Origin: Macrostomum lignano
Lineage: Eukaryota
Reading direction: 5' to 3'
DNA length: 64,000 bases
Assembly: GCA_002269645.1 (NCBI GenBank)
Contig: NIVC01000859.1
Span: forward strand, 124,001-188,000
The position numbers and the translations under genes were made by a program. The notes under the pieces are model-generated. The model saw only the letters and a list, made by a program, of their open reading frames with translations, had not been told where the DNA came from and made no database searches. Shown here piece after piece: positions 23,712 to 35,253 of the stretch. Each line of letters opens with the position of its first letter. Positions within the stretch are counted from its first letter, which is position 1.

Positions 23712-24065
23712 TTATAGATTTGGCGCTTTTTACATTGGTCTATAGATTTGGCGCCTCTCCAATTACTGTATAGATTTGGCGCCTCTTACATGACTCTATA
23801 GATTTGGCGCCTCTTACATGACTCTATAGATTTAACGCCTCTCCTATTGACTCTATAGATTTGGCGCCTCTACTATTGACTCTATAGATTTGGCTCCTCT
23901 CGCGTTACTCTATAGATTTGGCGCCTCTTCCATTTACTCTTTATTTTTGGCGTCTCTTCCTTTACTCTATAGATTTTGCGCCTCTTATGTTGGTCTATAG
24001 ATTTGGCGCCTCTCCTTTTTGCTCTACAGATTTGACGCCTCTCACATCTCTATAGATTTGGCACA
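23712..24065. repeat. Diverged 28-29 bp minisatellite, core CTATAGATTTGGCGCCTCT
   Basis: About 12-13 diverged units. Confidence 0.85.
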
Positions 24066-24911
24066 TATCACGTTTGAGTCCTCTAAACCTACTGGTGCGA
24101 AATCTAAGCGAAATCTATTCGTTAGACCGCCAGACAACAATTTTATCGGCCTTCTGCTGGTCTTTGCCTTTGAGAGCAAGACTACATGCTACCAGGTTAG
24201 ACCTCCAGATTCGCTCTTAACCGCCCTATTAGAAGGATTCTAAAAATATTTCAACATTGGCTTGCTTTGATGTGGACTGTTCCGAAACTGAAGGCGAGGA
24301 AAAGACAGGCGGAGGGCTTCGGTGGCTCTTGTTAGAGAGGGGAGAGGAGAGATTGCTATCGGACACATGCGCGAACACACAACAGGGCCGCCCGCCTCTT
24401 TAGTTTTAAAGGTTTAAAGAGTGCTGCATGGTGGTGTTGGGTCGATGGGGTAGGGAGGGGGTGCCATGTTCCATGCGCTGTCCCAACATCCCCTTCCGCG
24501 CTCCTTATCGGCACAGAGAATCAGGTGAATTAATGCTGGCCTCATATATATATTTGAGCTCCAAGGACTCAAAATTTCGGTGTTGTGTTGAGTGTGTGTG
24601 CAACCCCAATTGCATGCATGGTGTTCAGAGTCTAATTTTTCATTCATTCTTTCCTTGTCTCGAATCGCCCTCTCTCTCTGTGTTCTCTGTTCTCAACTCT
24701 TCCGGCAAATGGCGCTTCTAGAAGAAGATCAGGTAGAATTGAGAACGAGCGAAATTAAGAGTGTGCTGATCGGTATCAGCTGAATATAGCTGCCAGGCAG
24801 ATTGCAGTGGCTCCATCAGTCTTCCCCTTGTGTTCGCCTCTTGTTGTCAGGGCGACTGTCGGTCTGTCTACGTGCTGAGGGCCTGGCGCTCTGATTGCTG
24901 ACTAGAGGGAT

Positions 24912-25399
<488 letters not shown>

Positions 25400-26428
25400 G
25401 CAGTTCATCTGTGACACTTCACAGCAGTGGGGGGGGTGTTTTGACAGCTGGACAGGTCATCAAAACCGCAGAGCTGCCAAGTCCTGCTACAGGCGATGTG
25501 GGTGAGAAGTGAGAGGCAGGCACAACAGGACAGGCCAGACTCCGCCCACAATAGCGGTGCTTTCGCTTATTTTAACACTCATTGCTCCTCCAACACATTC
25601 TCGCATTTTCACCTCGCGGCATTAAGACAAGGTGACGCGCATTATTTTGCACAATATTTTGATCGCAAAGAAGAGAAAAAAGAGCTGATTTTTGTATATA
25701 ATAATGACAGGGACTGCGCGGGGGTTTTGTCGCTTCCGAAAGTTTTTGGCAGCCTGCATGCGGTGCCTTCACTGCCTGAGGCGTTAGGCGGCACCCCCCC
25801 CCCTCAAGCCGCCTTTGTTGGTGGCTGCCCCGCCCTTCGAAGAAAAAATCAAACCGTTGTCTCGCTATAGGAAAAGATTTCGATCAACAACTCCGCTCTC
25901 TGCGTTGGTTGTATAGTTTGGGGAAAAAACTCCCCCCCCCTATACGAACCTCCGATGCTCCCCCAGGGCGATGCAATAAACGGTCATTGCTGGGGGTACG
26001 GAGCCACTACAGCCTTTTTGGAATGTCGTTTTGGTTGTTTTCGAATTTAAAAGAAAAAAATATTTCTTTGCCAAAATCGAGTAACAAGTGTGTTCAAAAA
26101 TCAAAATCTGACCATTCTGCAGGGAAAATTAAGCTGCTACTTTGAAACTCCTTGGCAGTGTGAACAACTTGTTCAGTTTTTTTATTTTTTTCTAAAAAAA
26201 TTTGGACCGCCCACAAAGACGATTCAACTATTTCAACCTGCGATTTCTATAAACTACCGTTATGCTGGACACGCAGGTCTAGAGAGAGAACAGTTCTAAA
26301 ATTTTATTGTTATGATCCTGTTGCTAATGCTGCTAATATAGAGTCCAGGTGTGACAGAACAAAACTTCTGGAACCAAAATCTTACAACGCATCTCGTTTA
26401 GAACTTTATGAGCCTCATTGCCCTCTGC

Positions 26429-29400
26429 CATAGAAATCTAGAATACTAACTGGAAGTGAAGGCTTTCGCGGGGGCGTACATACCCGGGCCGGGATAAAAA
26501 GCTCCTCTTCCCCAAAAGTTTTATTTCCCCAAAATTTTAATGTTTATTTATCATTCTTTTCATTGAAACAATTTTATTTAAGGTATATTGCTTACCAAGA
26601 GTACACAAGTTATATTTCTCAAGCAGTGCAGTGAATGCAAAACTTACCATCAGTGGGCGCCAAACTTTGCAACTTTTCTTACAGTCGGTCCAGTCGCTGA
26701 TGCGGACAGGCGTTTAGTCCAGTTCTTTGCAGCAGTGTTAAACATCTTCCTGCACACCAGCTGCAAGATTGGATGCTGATACTCACAATGCGTTTGGAAT
26801 CGCAACTGTGGGAGTTGTTCAAAAATCTTGGAACAAACTGCTTCAAACAGACTGATGTGTCTGTACCTCGATTTCAGAAATCGCTGACAGCGCTGCAGTT
26901 GCATGATTATCACCCAAGCCTCTTTGCAGATGGTGAACACCAGGTCAGAAGGGTTCGTTAGACCACCGCGGTCTAGCTGTCGCAGAAAGTCAGATGGCGC
27001 TTCGGCTGCAGATTCGTCTGGAGTGGCAACTAGTAGCTGGTTGCATGCAGTGCAGCTTCTTTGCGCTGTGATGGACTTGGCGATTTTTCCAGCCACATAG
27101 TAGGTTACGTTGGCATCAGCTGCTTCGATCTCCTCAATTAGGTTTAGTTGGTCTGCAATTTGCCCGGCTTCTTCCATTAAGTCGCTGCCCTCGCTGTGCA
27201 GGTCCTTTGCAGCTGCAAGTGACTGAATTGTCTGTGGTGCAGCATGACTGAACTTCAGAACTGAAACAGAACGGATTGCCTTCTCACCATCCAGAACATC
27301 TTTGCACGAAACATAGTAGTTTAATCCTTTTCGGTGACGGTACCATCCAAATCTTCCTTCCAGTGGGTCCGACTGGAAAGCTCCGACCAGAACATATTCG
27401 AACATAAGACAATTGAGTAAGTACCTGCAGACTTCAACTAGAGCATCCAGCGTGTGACTGAGGGCCAGAAAGGTTTCGTCGCTAAGACCTTTGTTTCTGC
27501 AGGCCTTCCATTCGCGCAGATAATTAGCGACGTCCGCGAGGTAGGTAAGCTTCCAATCTGTGTCTGACCTGACTGGATCTCGGCAACAGTCTCTTTTATG
27601 TTTGCCAATTGAGCTCGTCTTGACATTTAAAACTTTCCAAAGTTGCGTCACCGCATGGACAAAAGTCGCAGTGTCGCCCCACGGCTTTCCTTGATTCGCC
27701 GAGTAATATTCCAAGGCGTGCGCGGTAGACTCAGAAAACACAGCTAGTGCCAACTTTGGTGAGGTCTTCTGAATACTTTTTGGATCGATGACGCTTGAGT
27801 TGAGTTTTGGGGCCAGTTTGAGTGGCTTGTCCTGTTCCAGATTGTACAGCTCTTTGATGTTCTCAAATTTTGCTACAATTAAGGAATCAGCCGTTCTCTT
27901 CACATGTGGTAGCGGGACATTAAAAAAGGCGCTATCTTTTGCTGGGAGCTCCAGAGACTGCCTTTTCTGAAAATTGTTATATACGTTTTTAATTGTGTGC
28001 GTTGGGTCAAACAGAAGGAAAATCTTCTTTTCTCGATGGAACGGATGGGGTACGCATGTTTGCAGAATGCCACCGCAAAGCTTGTGGACAAAAAACGCAC
28101 GGTTTGCGGAATGGTTGTCAACCAAGATGGTCACTACATTAAGGTTTGTGCGCTGCAGCATCCCCATGACGCTCGTGTAGTGCTCGTGCAATATTTCGGC
28201 AGTCAACTTGCTGAGGGGGAAAAGTGCGACGACATCGCGGTACTTTCCGGCGATTGACTTGACCATGAAGCACAGCATTGTTGAAGCCGGGTTGGCCTCC
28301 TGCATGCCAACAATAGACCCGGAAGAGTAGTCTATTCTTCGATTTAGGTGTATCTCATCAATAATCAGGTTGACATTACTCTCCATTATTGACAGATTTT
28401 GAGTCCGTAGATGAAGGTAATTTTCGTCCGAGACGCCAGGGCTGACAGACAGAGGACTAGAAATCGCCGTTAGTCGTCTAACTGATGGCAGAACAAGCAG
28501 GTCTTGATCCAGCAGCACCTGGTAGCAAGCTGAACTGGTGGACTTCAGCACCATGGCAAACACTATCAAACCAGGGGAGTACCGTCTAGCCTCCTTTGCC
28601 TGGCAACGAAGCCTAAGCTGCTCCACTATAAACTGGATTTGCTGCATCAGTGGCGTGGCAGAGTCATTCGATTCCTCCAGCAAGTTGCACAGGCAGTCGA
28701 TGGCAGCTTCAATCCATTTAGCTTCTGCGCTTCTCGGATTGGGATCAGGGATGCCCCACGATTTTGCTAAAGCTAATAAGTTTTGAATCTGCGAAAACAA
28801 GGTGATCTTTCCGAGATCCAAAAATTGTTCAAATCGCTTCATTGGAACCGGTTGTCCTTTCAAACTTACAGAAGCAATCATATCGCGTTGAATTTTTACA
28901 GAGCAGACCAGATTCGGGACATCCTCCACATCAATCAGGCAGAACGCAATGGAGTCGGCGCCAAACACAGGAACGAATCCAACAGGAATCGGATTGCTCT
29001 CTAGCATGGTCTTGATTTCCTCCAACGATCCCACTTTATCCAACGACAGAAACTCCGATGCCGCTGTTTCTAGCCTGTCACTTTCGGCTTGGTGTCGTAG
29101 CTCAGCTGTGGCTGATTCGGTCCGGGAAGTAGAAGCCATTGGCTGCAGTCTTTCCGGAAGTTGAGGAAAAACAGAGGGGATGGCTCCCTTTCGTAAAACG
29201 CGCAGGCTCAGTTGCGCATTTCTCTTGCGCTTTCGACGAGTGTTGGAGTCTTGCGATGTGCTGATGAAGTCCGACTCCAAAAAGTGCGCAGAGCACAACC
29301 GAGACTCCTTAGTTGGGGCATAGTGCTCTCTGCGAATTCTTCGGAGCCACTCAGTCATCAGTTGTGGATCATTTAACGGAAAGGCATGGAAAGATGTTTT

Positions 29401-29947
29401 CACATTCGATTCATTGTTCGAAGTCCTTCTTGCGTAGCCAGATTGGCAATTAAATGCAGCGCATTTGTATCCCATCTAGGCAAATTTGTGATATTCAGTT
29501 TTGGCAGGATTTGGGTGCTAACAGCCGGTTGCCTCTTTGTTATATATATATTTTCCTGTGCAGAATACCGTTTGATGTACATTTCCCTCCTCTCGTTTCC
29601 CATATTCTTTCCTTCCTCCCAAGAATATCCCCACTCCTATTCAATTGATCGTGCACCACTGTAAAGAGCTCTCTGTTTTGCTCCAGTCCAGGGTTTGCTA
29701 TCACTGTACGCTCGTACAGCATTTACAGTGTACATCTGGGTGCTGTCTGAGCTTGAAGGGAATGAAAGATGAAGGCATGAGCAACAAGAAAGAGTTTTAA
29801 AGGGCTGGGGGGTTTTGGGAGGGTCTTTTGGATGCGGGTTTAGTCACTATAACATTTTCAAGCTAAAAAGAATCGGCCCGGGTAGGTACGACTTGAACTC
29901 CCCGACAAAGAAGCCTTCACTTCCAGTTAGTATTCTAGATTTCTATG
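26429..29947 (-). mobile_element. Intact P-superfamily DNA transposon, 3519 bp
   Basis: Perfect 37-bp TIR CATAGAAATCTAGAATACTAACTGGAAGTGAAGGCTT (26429-26465 / 29911-29947). 7-bp TSD CCTCTGC (26422-26428, 29948-29954). Subterminal 17-bp inverted repeat (26475-26491 / 29874-29890). Single transposase ORF. Confidence 0.96.
26650..29475 (-). CDS. THAP-domain P-element-type transposase, 941 aa, intronless
   Basis: THAP C2CH finger (CAAFNC...FHAFP...W...LCSAHF). Candidate catalytic D (IIDEIHL), D (VDNHSAN) and E (QSDPLEGRFG). DPTHTIKN motif of the insertion domain. C-terminal YVAGKIAK..C..C..RGGLTNPS. AATAAA on the minus strand at 26578-26573. Confidence 0.95.
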   Translation of the reverse strand: MGYKCAAFNCQSGYARRTSNNESNVKTSFHAFPLNDPQLMTEWLRRIRREHYAPTKESRLCSAHFLESDFISTSQDSNTRRKRKRNAQLSLRVLRKGAIPSVFPQLPERLQPMASTSRTESATAELRHQAESDRLETAASEFLSLDKVGSLEEIKTMLESNPIPVGFVPVFGADSIAFCLIDVEDVPNLVCSVKIQRDMIASVSLKGQPVPMKRFEQFLDLGKITLFSQIQNLLALAKSWGIPDPNPRSAEAKWIEAAIDCLCNLLEESNDSATPLMQQIQFIVEQLRLRCQAKEARRYSPGLIVFAMVLKSTSSACYQVLLDQDLLVLPSVRRLTAISSPLSVSPGVSDENYLHLRTQNLSIMESNVNLIIDEIHLNRRIDYSSGSIVGMQEANPASTMLCFMVKSIAGKYRDVVALFPLSKLTAEILHEHYTSVMGMLQRTNLNVVTILVDNHSANRAFFVHKLCGGILQTCVPHPFHREKKIFLLFDPTHTIKNVYNNFQKRQSLELPAKDSAFFNVPLPHVKRTADSLIVAKFENIKELYNLEQDKPLKLAPKLNSSVIDPKSIQKTSPKLALAVFSESTAHALEYYSANQGKPWGDTATFVHAVTQLWKVLNVKTSSIGKHKRDCCRDPVRSDTDWKLTYLADVANYLREWKACRNKGLSDETFLALSHTLDALVEVCRYLLNCLMFEYVLVGAFQSDPLEGRFGWYRHRKGLNYYVSCKDVLDGEKAIRSVSVLKFSHAAPQTIQSLAAAKDLHSEGSDLMEEAGQIADQLNLIEEIEAADANVTYYVAGKIAKSITAQRSCTACNQLLVATPDESAAEAPSDFLRQLDRGGLTNPSDLVFTICKEAWVIIMQLQRCQRFLKSRYRHISLFEAVCSKIFEQLPQLRFQTHCEYQHPILQLVCRKMFNTAAKNWTKRLSASATGPTVRKVAKFGAH

Positions 29948-30754
29948 CCTCTGCAGAGCGGGACCGTTACTTGTTAAAGACAATTTTCACTTAACTGGCT
30001 GCTTTGGGGGGGTTGGGGGGTATTTGAAATTTGAGGATTTGGATTTTTATTATTTTGTTTGGTTTTAGTGGTAATTGCGAAAGCAGGTTTCGTAGGCCCG
30101 ACCTCGGCAAGGAAACTCCCCCCCCCCTTGACCCGTTATGCTTTGTCTTCAAGTGGAAACACGGAGTTGAAATCAAGTGGGCCATTGACCATTGTGCAAC
30201 CAATTTGACTTTCCTGAATCCTCGCTTCTACTTAGGAGGAACAACAACCCGAAAAAGAAAGTCTTACAACAAACAAAAGATAAGAATTAGCGACAGGTGA
30301 TTTTTGGCTACTTAAGTTTACCTGAGGAGGGGGGGGGCATCTCTGTTGCTTTGACATGTCGGTGTCTGTGTATGCGTGACCTTTTCAACGGCAAGAAGTC
30401 TATAAAAGATCATCGGATAGCTATAGATACCTGATCAAGATTATCAAAGTCTTAAAATTGGACCCCCTGCTGTTCTTATCTCCGGCCAATGACAATTGTC
30501 GCTGTTGGAGATGGCTTTTTGACATTCTCTGCCGGTGTAGGCCCGAGTTTTGAGTCCCCAATAACCCAAGTTCCGGTTCTGAGTCTGTCAAATGCCACAC
30601 AGACCGCGCAAGGTTTTTCTTAAACTAAAAATGACTAATTATGAGATAATCGATTGACTTTTGGTCATTTTTATGAGCTTGGGATATGATAGGCATCTGA
30701 AATTTTGCTTTTATGGACTACAGGTTTTGGATAGGGAGATGAAAGAGAGAGATG

Positions 30755-31305
30755 AAGGAGATGGAGAGGGGGTGGAGATGGAGATGGAGAGGGAGAGGGA
30801 GAGGGAGATGGAGAGGGAGAGGGAGAGGGAGAGGGAGATGGAGAGGGAGAGGGAGATGGAGAGGGAGAGGGAGATGGAGATGGAGATGGAGATGGAGAGG
30901 GAGAGGGAGAGGGAGATGGAGATGGAGAGGGAGAGGGAGAGGGAGAGGGAGAGGGAGATGGAGATGGAGAGGGAGAGGGAGATGGAGAGGGAGATGGAGA
31001 GGGAGATGGAGAGGGAGATGGAGATGGAGAGGGAGATGGAGAGGGAGATGGAGATGGAGAGGGAGATGGAGATGGAGATGGAGATGGAGAGGGAGAGGGA
31101 GAGGGAGAGGGAGAGGGAGATGGAGATGGAGATGGAGAGGGAGATGGAGAGGGAGATGGAGATGGAGAGGGAGATGGAGAGGGAGAGGGAGATGGAGAGG
31201 GAGATGGAGATGGAGAGGGAGATGGAGAGGGAGATGGAGAGGGAGATGGAGAGGGAGATGGAGATGGAGAGGGAGATGGAGATGGAGTGGGAGATGGAGA
31301 GGGAA
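30755..31305. repeat. (GAGAGG/GAGATG)n purine hexamer array
   Basis: Direct observation. Confidence 0.95.
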
Positions 31306-32445
31306 ATGGGGGCAAGACAACACAAAAGCAATTAGAAATCAATAACTAATGAGTAGCAACAGCAATACATTTATTTAATGATAAATTTCACCAAACAGAA
31401 TTAGCCTAAATGCAATTTACTCAGCTAAAGCTGCCCCAAACAGGTTAAATCAGAAAACTATATACAATATTTGCCCCCAAGCAGCAGCAAGGACAAAATG
31501 CTTTGACTTGCAATAAAATTCAAGTTGCAGTAATTTCTTTTTGCTTCCGTTAAAGAATGCCACAAACCGAAGGCATGTCTGCTTCATGCTTGCATAAGCG
31601 CCAGCGCACACATCGGGGGCCCCCAGTGCGGTCGATCGGTTGAAACAGAGAATTCTGTCTGTTTATACGAGCTGTCTTCTTCTTCTCCTGCCGTTGAACA
31701 GCAGCTCGGATGCCCGCCCTGCTGCACAGTTGGAAGTCTCCAGCCAGCAAACGCGGCGGCCCCTCTAAACAACTTTGGCTGGCAGTTTCTGAAAAGATTT
31801 TGAAAAATTTCCTTTCTATAGGGCTCAGTTTAAAACTGAGCTGCATGCAAGAAGCCCCCCTGTTGTGGCTGGGGGGAATTTCTCTTGACAGGGCAAAAAC
31901 ATTCCAAATAGGATAAATATAGTTTTGCTTGGAACTGCTTGTAATAGGGAGGGGGGGGCTGTTTCTCAGAATTCGTACCGATCTGTATGGCCCCTGTCTA
32001 TGGTGCAAAGCCAACTATAGCAAAAGTCACGTACAATTGCTTAAATTCAAGTTTTTGTTTGGTATACAGAGTCTCGCATTCCAGTTCATATACAGAGCCG
32101 ATAGATCAATAACGCGTTTATTGCATGAATATACTTTTTCTTTAAACGATTATGTATTTTGTTGAAATTTTAGAGTTTGTTTACCGGGCATGAAAAACAT
32201 GAAAACTTGAAAAGCGCAAAATGAATGCATAACTGATATCGATAGTAGTTCAATTGTTTGACTTTTGGTCAAGTGACTCACGTTCCCTGACCCCGGTTGC
32301 CTGAGCGGTTTGCAGTTTACTCATTCTGTGATGCAGGCATTACGTCCGAGTCTCAAAAAAGTGTTTTTGAGCATTCTCAATTTGCACTTTCCATGAACTC
32401 TTATAAGAGTTATATAGAGAAGACAAGAGAATGAGGTTAGGGTAG

Positions 32446-33068
32446 AGTGCAAAGAGTAGGGTAGAGCGAGAAAGGGTAGGGTAGAGCGAGAAGGGGTAGA
32501 GTGGAGCGAGAAGGGGTAGGGTAGAGCGAGAAGGGGTAGGGTGGAGCGAGAAAGGGTAGGGTAGAGCGAGAAAGGGTAGGGTAGAGCGAGAAAGGGTAGG
32601 GTAGAGCGAGAAAGGGTAGGGTAGAGCGAGAAAGGGTAGGGTAGAGCGAGAAAGGGTAGGGTAGAGCGAGAAAGGGTAGGGTAGAGCGAGAAATGGTAGG
32701 GTAGAGCGAGAAAGGGTAGGATAGAGCGAGAAAGGGTAGGGTAGAGCGAGAAGGGGTAGAGCGAGAAGGGCGAGAAGGGGTAAGGGTAGAGCGAGAAGGG
32801 GTAGGGTAGAGCGAGAAGGGGTAGGGTGGAGCGAGAAAGGGTAGGGTAGAGCGAGAAGGGGTAGGGTAGAGCGAGAAGGGGTAGGGTGGAGCGAGAAAGG
32901 GTAGGGTAGAGCGAGAAAGGGTAGGGTAGAGCGAGAAAGGGTAGGGTAGAGCGAGAAAGGGTAGGGTAGAGCGAGAAGGGGTAGGGTAGAGCGAGAAAGG
33001 GTAGGGTAGAGCGAGAAGGGGTAGGGTAGAGCGAGAGGGGGGTAGGTTGGAGCGAGAAAGGGTAGAAA
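32446..33068. repeat. 20-bp purine-rich minisatellite GGGTAGGGTAGAGCGAGAA(A/G)
   Basis: About 30 units. Confidence 0.95.
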
Positions 33069-33751
33069 GGCAATGCAGCAATGCAGAATCCAAAGCTTTA
33101 TTGAGTATACACATTATGCATAGTTTTACCCAAAGATTTCCCAATTAATTGATGGAGCTGGTGCTATCTGATTGTCTGACAACTCTCAGTGTAGAAACCA
33201 TATTTCAGCCGGGAATTCTATGCAGAGCATCGAATAGCATCAACTGTGCAGAGTTAGTTGTAATTGCTCACATTTTGTTAACTTGAAAAGAATTTTTGAA
33301 TTTCTATTATTGAAAAATCTGAAGAGTTGCTTGGTGACGAAGTGAGTCAAGTCAGTGCATAACATCTTTAATTAACCTGACACCCATTCTAGTTTCTAGA
33401 CACTGGGAAACCATGCGTTAGCAACCATGTGATCAGTTGGTTTTGTTGAGTTTTAAAATCGAATTCTCAAATAGAACAATGGATTACATTTAATGAATAT
33501 GTGCAGAGACAATTCTTATGGAAATATTGTCTTCAGAAGATGGGCCGCTCCATATGAATGGCTGTGCGGTGAATCTTTGATGATGAACCTGAAACTTGAG
33601 TTAGCGGATCCCGGAAGTCTGAAGTCTCTGAACTATAATATAACAAAAACTAACGCGGATGCTATTTTTAAATCTGATCAGAGGTGTCAAAATTATTGAA
33701 AGATTGAAGGACCCTTAGGAGTTCTTTAGAAACTTCACGAATCACAAGTCT

Positions 33752-34205
33752 AAAAATGGCACCCTTAAAGATAAAAATGGCAACCTTCAAGATAAAAATG
33801 GCACCCTCCAAGATAAAATGGCACCCTTAAAGATAAAAATGGCAACCTTCAAGATAAAAATGGCACCCTCCAAGATAAAATGGCACCCTTCAAGATAAAA
33901 ATGGCACCCTCCAAGATAAAAATGGCACACTCCAAGATAAAAATGGCACCCTTCAAGATACAAATGGCACACTCCAAGATAAAAATGGCACCCTTCAAGA
34001 TAAAAATGGCACTTTCCAAGATAAAAATGGCACCCTTCAAGATAAAAATGGCACTTTCCAAGATAAAAATGGCACCCTTCAATTTAAAACTGGCACCCTT
34101 CAATGTAAAAATGGCACCCTTCAATGTAAAAATGGCACCCTTCCCGAATCTAAAAATGGCACCCTTCCCGAATCTAAAAGTGGCACCCTTCACGATAAAA
34201 ATGAC
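33752..34205. repeat. 21-bp minisatellite AAGATAAAAATGGCACCCTTC
   Basis: About 21 units. Confidence 0.92.
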
Positions 34206-34499
34206 AACTTCACAAAACAATGGCACACTTCAGAGCTGTAATACCATATGTTCGGAGCAGGAAGCTGGCAAACCTGTTGCTCATTACACTTTCCTGGCCC
34301 TCCTGTTCCTTTCCTCAAAAAAATGAGCAATTCCCCCCATAGTCCAGGCCCATCGCCATTTGCGGGCAACCCCTCACCCAGCCGCTCCAGCGGCAACCAA
34401 TAGCAAACCTTCCGAGGCCACGGGACCATCCCACCAAACCCAAACCCTCAGTCGTGTCCCGCCACCCCCAGCTCTCTGCTTGGCCGCTTACGCACCCCC

Positions 34500-34834
34500 A
34501 AGTTTTCGGCTCCCTTATATCAGATCAGATAGAATCAGACAGGCCGAGAGATCTCAGATCTATCGCTCATTTGTGGTGTCCACCGCCTCCGCTGCTGAAC
34601 TGTTTGCCAACTCGCAGGGCCAGTCAGAGCCAAAGCTTAGGAATTTATCTGCACTTGGCATCGAGACAAGAGCTGTTGGAAGGCAAAGCACTATCTGATC
34701 ACAGCGTTGCTGGCGCTGCTAAGGGCACAGATTGGTCGACGGGTTGTTTGTCTCCTTTCCACATTCATTATCTCATCGCATTCGTTTCTCAATCAGCTGC
34801 ATTAGGGACGCGGTTTTAAAAGAAGAAAAAAGTG
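34500..34834 (+). other. GATA123: Putative non-coding 5' exon of the GATA gene (start unknown), followed by a 90-bp intron
   Basis: Strong donor G|GTAAGT at 34835 and acceptor CATCCAACAG| at 34924, 40 nt before the ATG at 34964. Confidence 0.45.
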
Positions 34835-34963
34835 GTAAGTTCACGTAGATTGTTAGACACAAATATCAACAAATTTTCGAAGGCTTTGATACAATGCTTC
34901 TCATTGTTTCCACACATCCAACAGCTCACCAACAGTGGACAGACAGCAGAGCCAGACAGCAGC

Positions 34964-35231
34964 ATGACAACGGAGATTCGATCTGTAACAGGTCATTGGA
35001 CTCGACCTGACACTGGACTGCATGCCGCTGCGGCTGCCGCTGCTGCCGCCGCTGCCGCTCAGGCATCGTCGCCGACTCCCAGCCATCACCAGCTGATGTA
35101 CGACTGCGACTCCCCGACTCTGCAGCAGCAGCAGCAGCAGCAGCAACATCACTTGCTGCAGGGAAACTGCAATGCTGTGGGATCCGCAACCGTCATGGGA
35201 TATCAGCACCTGCCCACTGCCTATCAGTACA
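34964..35231 (+). CDS. GATA123: Probable first coding exon of the GATA factor (polyA/polyQ N-terminus)
   Basis: MTTEIRS...polyA...polyQ...AYQY, ending at phase-1 donor A|GTGAGT (35232). Phase-compatible with the acceptor at 42281, and same low-complexity style as the next exon. Confidence 0.65.
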
Positions 35232-35253
35232 GTGAGTCTAATTGATTGCTGAC

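Noticed and set aside
26650-29475. Calling the transposase a domesticated THAP9 orthologue
   Set aside because: It is flanked by perfect TIRs and a TSD and is intronless, which indicates a transposon copy rather than a host gene.
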